Source of the DNA: an uncultured Acidobacteriota bacterium
GTDB taxonomy: Bacteria > Acidobacteriota > UBA6911 > RPQK01 > JAPXNP01
Length of the DNA stretch: 36,810 nt
Reading direction: 5' to 3'
Assembly: GCA_964484155.1 (NCBI GenBank)
Contig: CAZAEY010000003.1
Coordinates: 25,196-62,005 of the forward strand
In this document: in pieces, positions 10,108-18,115 of the stretch
Numbering within the stretch: the stretch's first letter is position 1
How the letters are laid out: each line of letters opens with the position of its first letter
Position numbers and translations under genes: made by a program
The notes under the pieces: generated by a model
The model's input: the letters and a program-made list of their open reading frames with translations, nothing else
The model's database searches: none
What the model was told of the DNA's origin: nothing

Positions 10108-11582
10108 GGCGAGCCGCCATCCCCTCTCATGCGGACGAAGATCTCACGGAAAAAGGCGCGCTGCTTCTCCGGGTCGTTGGCCATTTCCGGATCCTGTTTG
10201 AGGCGCTCTTCATAGGCGCGGCGAATCTCTGGATTCTGGAGCATCCGCTCGAGCATTTCCGGCCCGCCCTGACGCGCTCCCGGTCCAGCGCTCCTGCCTC
10301 CCGCCATTCCCGGCCTGGCTGGAGTTTCGGCGATATGGTCTTGCGTGGAGGCGGCATCCCGGCTGGAGTCTTCGGATCCGGGGACAGCCGCCCTGCGGCG
10401 CTCCTGGCCGGCCTCCGCTTCGGGACCTTCCCAGCCCAGAATGTTGACGCCATAACCGTCGCTGAGACTCTCGTTTCCCACCGTGACGACCACCTCTCCG
10501 GGCCGCAGCCCTTCCAAGACCTCGACAAACGGGTCTTCGTTGAAACCGAGGACCACCGGGCGCCTTTCCGCGGTGTCGTCCTCCCGGACGACAAATACGT
10601 AATTCTGGTCTCTTTCTCGAACGACCGCCTTTCTCATGATGACGGCTGCGTCGGCGCGGGTTTCCGTGGCGATGGCGACGGTGCCGAACATGCCGGGACG
10701 AAGGACGCCGCCCGGGCGAGGCAGTTCGACCGTTATTCGCGCCGTTCCCGATGAGGAATCGATCACGGGACTGATCATTTTCACAGTGCCCGTAAAAACG
10801 CCGCCGCCGACGGAGTCAAACCGCAACTGAACCTCCTGTCCCAACCGGATTCTACCGAGATCCTTCTCGGGAACGTGTATGCGCGCCCATAGCGGCGGAA
10901 ATTCCTCGACGATAAAGAGTTCTTGGTTTACTGTGGCTCGATCTCCGTTTTCGATCATTCGATGCGTCACCACCCCATCGATCGGGGAAACGATTTGGGT
11001 GTATTCCAATTGGATCTCAATCGCTTCCAACCTCGCTTGCGCAGCCTCCAGCGCCCTTCTGGCATTGTCGTGGGCCAGTTCGTCAGTCCGGCTGGTGAGC
11101 GTCGCATGATCGTATTCCTGTCGACTGGTCAACTGCTGGTCAAAAAGGGTGGCCGCCCTCTCGAAATTCGCGGCTGACAGGCGCGACTGGACTTCAGCCT
11201 GCTCCAGTTGCACTTGCGCCTGCCTCACGGCGATCTCCGCCTGACGCAGGTCGTTTCGGATTTCCCGGTCGTCCAGCAGTGCCATGGCCTGTCCGGCACG
11301 GACACGGTCCCCTTCCTCGACACGCAGCTGCGAAACTTGCGCTGCCAGCCTCGAAACGACGTTGACGCTGCGCACCGACTCCAGAGTCGTGTTTGCCAGG
11401 ATAAAGGTAGAAATGGGCCTTTGCGTCACCACCGACGCTCGAACACTGACCTGGTTTGCGGCCTGGCCTCCCCACTGTCCGGTTCGAGATGAGTCCGCCC
11501 TGCTGGAGCCCGCTTGATCTCCGGAAGAACACCCCGCGACGAGGACGCCGATAGCAACTGCGCTGGCAAAAAGGATTCTCAA
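10104..11582 (-). CDS. RND periplasmic adaptor (MFP) lipoprotein with a long C-terminal extension
   Basis: Lipobox VAG-C; VEEGDRVRAGQ and IVSPIDGVV lipoyl halves; coiled-coil hairpin; LRPGMF; GLRPGEVVV; about 110 aa extra tail. Confidence 0.93.
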   Translation of the reverse strand: MRILFASAVAIGVLVAGCSSGDQAGSSRADSSRTGQWGGQAANQVSVRASVVTQRPISTFILANTTLESVRSVNVVSRLAAQVSQLRVEEGDRVRAGQAMALLDDREIRNDLRQAEIAVRQAQVQLEQAEVQSRLSAANFERAATLFDQQLTSRQEYDHATLTSRTDELAHDNARRALEAAQARLEAIEIQLEYTQIVSPIDGVVTHRMIENGDRATVNQELFIVEEFPPLWARIHVPEKDLGRIRLGQEVQLRFDSVGGGVFTGTVKMISPVIDSSSGTARITVELPRPGGVLRPGMFGTVAIATETRADAAVIMRKAVVRERDQNYVFVVREDDTAERRPVVLGFNEDPFVEVLEGLRPGEVVVTVGNESLSDGYGVNILGWEGPEAEAGQERRRAAVPGSEDSSRDAASTQDHIAETPARPGMAGGRSAGPGARQGGPEMLERMLQNPEIRRAYEERLKQDPEMANDPEKQRAFFREIFVRMRGDGGSP

Positions 11583-11735
11583 TGTCTGATTCCCCTGACT
11601 TCAGGTATTTCTTTCAACCACCTAACTATTACGCAGAGTCGCGCTCGCTGTTTCAAAGTTCGCAGCGATTTGTGCGGCAGTCCAATGCAAATTCCGGCGC
11701 AGCGACGGCGTGCGTTGTCTTTCGGGAGTGGCCCT

Positions 11736-11764
11736 TTCGACTTTGCTCAGGATGGTGTTAAAAT
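11736..11764 (+). promoter_or_regulatory. Putative sigma70 promoter of the methyltransferase
   Basis: TTCGAC (11736-11741), 17 nt, TAAAAT (11759-11764) with an extended TG; SD AAGGAGG at 11791-11797. Confidence 0.55.
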
Positions 11765-11804
11765 GGGGCGTTTTCAACTTCCAGATTCGCAAGGAGGATC
11801 AGTG

Positions 11805-12425
11805 GTGACTGTCGAGTACGTTGAGAAAGTCTACAACCGGACCGCGCGCTTTTACGATCTGTTGTTCGGCAAGGTTTTCGACAGCGGCCGGGAAATGACT
11901 CCCGACATGCTTCAGTTGTTCCCCGGGGCGAGACTTTTGGAGGTGGGGGTGGGGACGGGCCTGTCATTGCCCCTTTTGCCCCGAAACGTGCAGATCACCG
12001 GAATCGATTTGTCTGAAAAGATGTTGGAGAAGGCCAAAGAGCGGGTCCGGAAGCAGAATCTTCGGAACGTCAGCCTCTTGAAGATGGACGCCACTCATTT
12101 GGATTTTCCCGACGACAGTTTCGACCGAGTCCTTGCGGCCTATTTCATCTCGACCGTGCCCGAACCCACGAAAGTGGTTGAGGAAATGAAACGCGTTTGC
12201 CGCCCGGGAGGCTATCTGCTCTTTATCAATCATTTCCAGCACGAGGTTCCCCTTTTAAGAACGGTTGAGCGCTGGCTGTCCCCGGTTTTTTATAGAATCG
12301 GCTTTCGAACCGACTTGAGGCTGGACGACCTCATGGCGCAATGCGGTCTGAAAATCGAAGAGCAAGAGGCAGTCGATTTCTGCGGACACTGGAAGGCTGT
12401 CCGTTGTTTCAATCCCTCAAAATAG
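11805..12425 (+). CDS. Class I SAM-dependent methyltransferase, PmtA-like (phospholipid N-methyltransferase type)
   Basis: Y..ARFYDLLFG, LLEVGVGTGLSLP, GIDLSEKML, MDATHLDFPDDSFD, RVCRPGG, NHF; GTG start 7 nt after AAGGAGG. Substrate is inferred. Confidence 0.85.
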   Translation: MTVEYVEKVYNRTARFYDLLFGKVFDSGREMTPDMLQLFPGARLLEVGVGTGLSLPLLPRNVQITGIDLSEKMLEKAKERVRKQNLRNVSLLKMDATHLDFPDDSFDRVLAAYFISTVPEPTKVVEEMKRVCRPGGYLLFINHFQHEVPLLRTVERWLSPVFYRIGFRTDLRLDDLMAQCGLKIEEQEAVDFCGHWKAVRCFNPSK

Positions 12426-13839
12426 GAAGCTCCCCCACCGCCTTTTCCTGAGCTTCCGCCACTACCTGAAGGATGTGTGACTGGATGGAGGCAGCCTTTT
12501 CGAGAACCTGCTCTAACTCGAAGCCTCGGAAGGCGCCATCCCGGTAAATCTCTTCGCCTGCTACGAATACTTGCCGGACGCCCCTGCCATCTAGTGCGTA
12601 CACGATCGCGCTGTAGGGATCGTAAAGCGGGTGCGCAGCCGGATGATTTCGGCTGAGGATGACGAAATCCGCTTCCTTGCCAGTTTCAAGGCTCCCGATC
12701 CTGGAGTCCATTCCAATCGCGCGCGCTCCCTCCCGCGTGGCGGCAAGAAACGCCTGGCGGGCGGTTACAACCGTAGGATCTCCCGTAAAGACTTTATGCA
12801 GCTTGGCCATCGAATCCATTTCCTGGAACAGATCCAGGTTGTTGTTGCTGACCGGTCCGTCCGTCCCAAGACCAATCGGAATTCCGGCCAAGAGCATTTT
12901 GGGAATGGGGGCCACGCCCGAAGCCAGCTTCATATTGCTCTCCGGATTGTGAATCACCCCGACGCCTCTGCGCTTCAGCAATTCGATTTCCGCGTCGCTG
13001 GCCCAGACCACGTGGGCAGCGATGACTCTCTCGGAGAGAAACCCGATGCGGTCCAGATACTCAATCGGCCGCATTCCGGTCTCCCGCAGCAGCTGATCCA
13101 CCTCTTCCTGGGTTTCCGAAAGGTGGATCAGCAAGGGCGCGTCCATTTCCGCCGCAAGGTCGCGACTGGCCGTCAACACTTCCTGGGAGCATGTATACGG
13201 CGAATGGGGAGCGACCGCCGGAATTACGCGCGGGTGGTTTCTCCATTCTTGAATAAACCGCCTCGCTCTTTGCAGAGCTTCCTGAGGCGTTGGGGCGTCC
13301 GGGGAAGGGAAGCCGATGACGGTTTCTCCGAGAATCCCGCGCATGCCCGAACGATCGACCGCTTCGGCGGCTTTCTCCTCAAAGTAGTACATGTCCGCAA
13401 AGGCGGTGGTTCCGGTTGCGATCATCTCGGCCGCAGACAGCAGGGTTCCCCAATAGACGAACTCTTCGTTCACTACCTGCGCCTCGATGGGGAACATAAC
13501 TTCGTGCAGCCATTCCATCAGCCGCATGTCGTCGGCAACTCCGCGCATCAAAGACATCGCTGCATGCTGGTGCCCGTTGATCAACCCCGGCAGGATCAAC
13601 GTGTCACTGGCCTGAATCGTGCGACTGGCTCGAATCCCTTTCGCCTGCTCCAGCGGCCCCACACCGACGATGCGGCCGTCGGCAACGGAGAGGAATCCAG
13701 GATCGAAGATGGAATTCCGGGCGTCCGCTGTGACAATGGTTCCTCCGAGGAGCAGAATGTCGACGTCGGCTTCTTGAGCGCCCGGCCTACCGCAGGCCAG
13801 TGTCAGAAGCGTGATGAATGCCAGCAGTCGATGAATCAT
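12409..13839 (-). CDS. Amidohydrolase, MTA/SAH (5'-deoxyadenosine) deaminase-like, with an N-terminal signal or lipoprotein peptide
   Basis: PGLINGHQH, ADMYYF, APHSPY, HLSET, HNPESNMKLASG, GTDG..SNN.LD motifs of the MtaD/DadD group; start MIHRLLAFITLLTLAC overlaps the cdd stop (ATGA). Confidence 0.88.
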   Translation of the reverse strand: MIHRLLAFITLLTLACGRPGAQEADVDILLLGGTIVTADARNSIFDPGFLSVADGRIVGVGPLEQAKGIRASRTIQASDTLILPGLINGHQHAAMSLMRGVADDMRLMEWLHEVMFPIEAQVVNEEFVYWGTLLSAAEMIATGTTAFADMYYFEEKAAEAVDRSGMRGILGETVIGFPSPDAPTPQEALQRARRFIQEWRNHPRVIPAVAPHSPYTCSQEVLTASRDLAAEMDAPLLIHLSETQEEVDQLLRETGMRPIEYLDRIGFLSERVIAAHVVWASDAEIELLKRRGVGVIHNPESNMKLASGVAPIPKMLLAGIPIGLGTDGPVSNNNLDLFQEMDSMAKLHKVFTGDPTVVTARQAFLAATREGARAIGMDSRIGSLETGKEADFVILSRNHPAAHPLYDPYSAIVYALDGRGVRQVFVAGEEIYRDGAFRGFELEQVLEKAASIQSHILQVVAEAQEKAVGELPILRD

Positions 13840-14249
13840 CCCCGACCCTCCGAGGAAGGTGGAAGTCGTCCGGGTCCGAATGGATCCGGCAGGAGCCCGC
13901 TGAGTCGAACCGTCGTCCATTCTCCGTTAGGATCGGCCATCAGAACCTCCAAGTCGCTGCCAAGTTCCCAAAGCACCTGCCGACAAGCGCCGCAGGGAGG
14001 AGTATGTTCTCCATCGCCTGAAATGACGCAGATTTTCGAAAATCGCCTTTCGCCGGCTGCCAGCGCGGTATAGACGGCGACTCTTTCAGCGCACATGGTG
14101 AGGCCGTAGGAAGCGTTCTCTACATTGCAGCCGGTGAAGCATTTTCCGCTGATCGAAAGCAGCGAGGCCCCGACGCGGAACCCGCTGTATGGAGAATAGG
14201 CGCGGCCCATGACTGCACGGGCCGCCTCAATCAATTGTCGGTCGGTCAA
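13836..14249 (-). CDS. cdd: Cytidine deaminase (homotetrameric type)
   Basis: AYSPYSGFRVGA, GCNVENASYGLTMCAER, PCGACRQ zinc motifs. Confidence 0.97.
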   Translation of the reverse strand: MTDRQLIEAARAVMGRAYSPYSGFRVGASLLSISGKCFTGCNVENASYGLTMCAERVAVYTALAAGERRFSKICVISGDGEHTPPCGACRQVLWELGSDLEVLMADPNGEWTTVRLSGLLPDPFGPGRLPPSSEGRG

Positions 14250-15112
14250 GAGGAACCTTCCCTTTCCTGCAGAATGGTCAATAGCAGGCGAGCGAAGTCC
14301 TGCTGGACGCGACCGGTGATTGTCAGGACGTCTTGATGAAGCATGCGATCGCCGACAATGCCGGCGGCCAAATTGGTGATGCAGGAAATTCCCAAAACCT
14401 TTCGACGCATATGATTTAACGCGATGACTTCCGGCACCGTCGACATGCCCACAGCATCGGCGCCGAGAAGTCGAAGCATTCGAATCTCGGCCGGAGTCTC
14501 AAAACTGGGGCCCTTTACCGCGGCGTAGACGCCTTGCCAGACATCCAATCCCAGGCGTTGGGCGCAGCGATACCCCAAATCCAGCAACTCCCTGTCATAC
14601 GCTCGGGTCATGTCCGGAAAACGCTCCCCCAGGCTGTCGAGGTTCGGTCCGCTGAGCGGATTCTCGCCCAGCAGATTCAAATGGTCGCTGATGACCATAA
14701 ACGAGCCGGGCCGCAAGTCGGTATTAATGGCGCCTGCGGCGTTGGTGATGACGAACTCCTGCACTCCCCATCGCGCCAGCGCACGGACGGGGAAAACGAT
14801 CTGCCATTGGGAAACGCCTTCGTACCAGTGCGCTCGTCCCTGCACGGCCAGAAACTTCCGGCCTTCCCAGTCGCCGATTCCCAGAGCTCCCTTGTGGCCT
14901 GCTACCGTCGCCTGGGGAAACCCTGGAATCTCCTTGAAGCGGACTGCAGCGTAGTCCTGGACGTCGTCCAGGAAGTCGCCAAGGCCGCTGCCCAGAACGA
15001 AGGCGGTCAGCGGAGGTTCACCGAATGTCTTTCGGAGAAAGCGAACCGCGTCCTCGAGCTTCTTCATGTAAGCACTTGCTTGGGAGATGGCGTTTGGGCG
15101 GATCGATTTCAT
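14246..15112 (-). CDS. punA: Purine-nucleoside phosphorylase (trimeric PunA/XapA type)
   Basis: LGSGLG, VAGHKG, QGRAHWYEG, TNAAG, GPSFETPAE, GMSTVPE, ITNLAAG; alternative start at 15067. Confidence 0.95.
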   Translation of the reverse strand: MKSIRPNAISQASAYMKKLEDAVRFLRKTFGEPPLTAFVLGSGLGDFLDDVQDYAAVRFKEIPGFPQATVAGHKGALGIGDWEGRKFLAVQGRAHWYEGVSQWQIVFPVRALARWGVQEFVITNAAGAINTDLRPGSFMVISDHLNLLGENPLSGPNLDSLGERFPDMTRAYDRELLDLGYRCAQRLGLDVWQGVYAAVKGPSFETPAEIRMLRLLGADAVGMSTVPEVIALNHMRRKVLGISCITNLAAGIVGDRMLHQDVLTITGRVQQDFARLLLTILQEREGSS

Positions 15113-15119
15113 AGCTTCT

Positions 15120-16349
15120 TCATGAAAGGATTCCCGCCATTGTCGCCGTCAGGAAGCTGGCGAAAGAGCCGGCTAGGACGGCTCGCAAACCCAGGCGCGC
15201 CAGCTCCGATTTCCGAGTCGGAGCCAGGCCGCCAATTCCCCCGATCTGGATGCCGATACTGCTCAGATTGGCGAAACCGCATAAGGCGTAGGTTGCGATC
15301 AGTTCCGATTTTGGCTGCAGGGATTCGCGAACCGACACCAGGTCGACATAGGCGACGAATTCGTTAAGTATGACTTTGATGCCGATCAGTTGCCCCACCG
15401 AGGCGATGTCGGAAAGCGGAACTCCCATCAGCAAGGCCAGCGGAGCCAACAGGTATCCCAGCACCAACTGCATCGTGAGCCGCTGGCCGAAGCGCTCCTC
15501 AAAAAGAAAGAATTCCCCCGCCTCTCCAAGGATTCCATTCAGGAGGAAAATGATGGAGATGAATGCGATCAGCATGGCGGCGATGTTGATGGCCAGCACG
15601 GCGCCCTTGCCGGCGCCTCGGGCCGCCGCATCGATGAGATTGGCGTCTGTGCTCTCGATCTCCAGCGTCACTTTTCCCGCGGTTTTGGAAACCTCCGTTT
15701 CCGGGATCAGCATCTTGGCCATCACCAGCGATGCCGGCGCCGCCATCACGCTGGCCGCGATCAGATACTCGGCGTTGACTCCCAGTCCGATGTAGCCTCC
15801 CAGGATCGCCCCGGAAACCGTGGCCATCCCGCCGGTCATCAATGCCATCAGCTCCGAATAGGTCATTTCCGGAACATATGGGCCGATGACGATCGGAGCC
15901 TCCGTTTGGCCCATGAACACGTTTGCGGCCGCGCCCAGCGACTCGGCCCCGCTGACGCCCATAAACCTGGTCATGACCCGGGCCATTCCCAAGACAATCC
16001 ACTGCATGACTCCAAGATAGTAAAGACATGAGAAAAAGCTTGAAATGAAAATGACGATGGGCAGCACTTTGAAGGCGAAGATGTAAGTTTCGGGATTTGC
16101 GCCCCCCAGGTCGCCGAAAACAAATCCGCCGCCCGCGTCGGCAAACGAGATCAATCGGGTCACAGCCTGAGCCGTCAATGACAGCACTCGCTGCCCGAAA
16201 TCAAGCTTGAGGATGAACAGCCCGCACAGCAGCTGCAGGATCAGACCCCAGTAGACGGTTTTCCACCGGATCGCTTTACGGTTGGACGAAAGGAGGTAGG
16301 CTGAAGTTAAGAGAACCAGAATGCCGATGAGCCCGATCCAACGCTCCAC
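15120..16349 (-). CDS. nupC: Concentrative nucleoside transporter (CNT, NupC family)
   Basis: FVFG, FAFKVLP, GAES..AAANVFMGQTEAP, GMATVSG, NEFVAY, ALCGFANLSSIGIQIGG. Confidence 0.95.
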   Translation of the reverse strand: MERWIGLIGILVLLTSAYLLSSNRKAIRWKTVYWGLILQLLCGLFILKLDFGQRVLSLTAQAVTRLISFADAGGGFVFGDLGGANPETYIFAFKVLPIVIFISSFFSCLYYLGVMQWIVLGMARVMTRFMGVSGAESLGAAANVFMGQTEAPIVIGPYVPEMTYSELMALMTGGMATVSGAILGGYIGLGVNAEYLIAASVMAAPASLVMAKMLIPETEVSKTAGKVTLEIESTDANLIDAAARGAGKGAVLAINIAAMLIAFISIIFLLNGILGEAGEFFLFEERFGQRLTMQLVLGYLLAPLALLMGVPLSDIASVGQLIGIKVILNEFVAYVDLVSVRESLQPKSELIATYALCGFANLSSIGIQIGGIGGLAPTRKSELARLGLRAVLAGSFASFLTATMAGILS

Positions 16350-16518
16350 GGTTCAGGGGATCACTTTCCAGTTCAAAATGGGGGGGGCAGCGGCCCCCTG
16401 GGGCGCCGCCCGTGTGTTCAAGGCGTCTCCCAGTTGCATTATTGATTGCGCCAGAGGGCCGCATTCAGGTCCTCTGGCGCCGGAAATCAGTGATAAGAGT
16501 TCGGAACGAAGCCTCTGA

Positions 16519-16710
16519 TCAGATGTATCGCTGCTTCTTGCGCGCACGCTTGATTGCCAGCGCCTGCTTGAGGCGCCGCTTTTCTCCGGGCTTAAGGTAG
16601 TAGCTGTGTCGCTTCGCTTCTTTGATGATGTCTTCCTGTTGCACTTTTCTCTTGAAGCGCCGCAATGCGCTTTCCAGCGATTCGCCGTCCTGTACGACAA
16701 CGTTTGCCAA
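16519..16710 (-). CDS. rpsU: 30S ribosomal protein S21
   Basis: ESLESALRRFKRKVQQEDIIKEAKRHSYYLKPGEKRR; TTG start preceded by AGGAGGTGA. Confidence 0.97.
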   Translation of the reverse strand: MANVVVQDGESLESALRRFKRKVQQEDIIKEAKRHSYYLKPGEKRRLKQALAIKRARKKQRYI

Positions 16711-16832
16711 ACTGATCACCTCCTGTTCCTGAACGGTATTCCTTAATTTGGCAAAGCCTCGCCGCAAAGGCAAAAATTGCTGCCTGATTTGCAGATAGAA
16801 AAATCGCCGAAATCAGCGGGCCAGCCGAGGAA

Positions 16833-16862
16833 AGTGTAACGAAAGCAGGCTCAGCCTGTCAA
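16833..16862 (-). promoter_or_regulatory. Sigma70 promoter of rpsU
   Basis: TTGACA (16857-16862), 18 nt, TACACT (16833-16838). Confidence 0.65.
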
Positions 16863-17306
16863 GGCGTCGAGCAGTCGGTCAGCCGCCTGATCGGCTGATT
16901 GAGGAAGGCGCTCACGGACCTCGGAATTCAGGTAGATAGCCCGAACAAGTCGAATTCCAGGAGCGGCGGTCCGACTGGGGGACGAGGAATGCGTCAAAGT
17001 CAGCAGCGCAGTTCTGGCATCCTGCTTTCGGGCAGTCCGAATCTGATTTCGGAGTTGCAGAAAGGCCTCATTAGCCTCCCGGCCTTCCAGCAGCTTGCGG
17101 AAATCGCCATTCTGGATCACGGCTTCAAGGACGGTCGCCAAGTCGGGGTCGCTTTTGCGAAGGAGTTTGATCAATTTTTCGGCATCTCTCGAGATCGAGC
17201 GACTGCGTCTGAAGATCAGCCAGACGGCGCCGATGAATCCGGCAGCCAACAGGCCGGCAAGAGCGAATTTCGTCCAAACCGCGCCGGATGCTACTGTCCA
17301 GTCCAT
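16851..17306 (-). CDS. Hypothetical protein with one N-terminal TM helix
   Basis: 151 aa; FALAGLLAAGFIGAVWLIF followed by RRSR; overlaps the TPR gene end by 16 bp; family not recognised. Confidence 0.7.
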   Translation of the reverse strand: MDWTVASGAVWTKFALAGLLAAGFIGAVWLIFRRSRSISRDAEKLIKLLRKSDPDLATVLEAVIQNGDFRKLLEGREANEAFLQLRNQIRTARKQDARTALLTLTHSSSPSRTAAPGIRLVRAIYLNSEVRERLPQSADQAADRLLDALTG

Positions 17307-18115
17307 AATCTCGGTTCGTAATACCTGCGTTTCTCACGGAGCCGGTTCAGGAGATCTTCCTTCAACTCGGGTGGATAAGCCCGGCTGTCAATGTTTTCGG
17401 CGGTCTCAATCGCCATGTCCAGATCATCCAGTCTCTCGTAACTCTCGATCATTCCAAGCTGAGCCTGCAATCGCAACTCCTGGGATTCATTGTTCTCCAA
17501 AACCGTCTGGAAATTCTGGAGAGAGCCCTCGAAGTCCCTCTGAATTTGCAGGATGCTTCCGATCCGCAGCCTGGCCTGATCGGCCAATCGCTGCTCCCCC
17601 TCCAGTGAGATCTTAGTAAACTCTTCAAACGCCCTATCAAAATCGCCCAGTTTGAGGTGAGCCTCGGCGATTTGCAGTCGAATCTCCAGTTGCTGGCGGG
17701 GGCTTTTGCTGGCGGCCAAAGCGGCTTGCAAGTGCTCCAGGGCCAGGCCGATCTCTCCCAATTCCACCTCGAAGATCTCGGCGATTCGCAGTGTCCCTTC
17801 CACCGACAGCGGACTCTGGGGGAATGCGGCCACCAGTCGCTCGAAAGCGAATAATGCCTGTGTCACGTCTTGCAGATTGACGTAATAAATTGTCCCAAGT
17901 TCCCAGAGAGCCTCGTCGGCGAACCGACTGTCCGGAAATCTTTCCACCAGAAGGTCGAAACGATCGATCGCCTCTTGGTAATTGCCGAGTCTCCACTGCT
18001 CTCGGGCGCGCGAGAAATGGGCCCGCGCTTCATTCTCGCTCTGTTGGTACAGCCAGCTCGCGCCAGCCAGAAGGACTAACGGAGCCGCGAGGATCCAGCG
18101 GGCGTTCTCTTTCAC
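17291..18115 (-). CDS. TPR-repeat protein with a signal or anchor helix (BamD/YbgF-like repeats)
   Basis: N-terminal hydrophobic helix; repeats of [21 protein letters not shown] and [12 protein letters not shown]; GTG start overlaps the gyrA TGA. Confidence 0.88.
   Translation of the reverse strand: MKENARWILAAPLVLLAGASWLYQQSENEARAHFSRAREQWRLGNYQEAIDRFDLLVERFPDSRFADEALWELGTIYYVNLQDVTQALFAFERLVAAFPQSPLSVEGTLRIAEIFEVELGEIGLALEHLQAALAASKSPRQQLEIRLQIAEAHLKLGDFDRAFEEFTKISLEGEQRLADQARLRIGSILQIQRDFEGSLQNFQTVLENNESQELRLQAQLGMIESYERLDDLDMAIETAENIDSRAYPPELKEDLLNRLREKRRYYEPRLWTGQ

Noticed and set aside
12631-14073. 480-aa ORF antisense to the amidohydrolase and cdd
   Set aside because: Antisense shadow of well-conserved genes.
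16350-16518. Purine riboswitch upstream of nupC
   Set aside because: Lacks the conserved ATATGG, GTTTCTAC and CCGTAAA cores.
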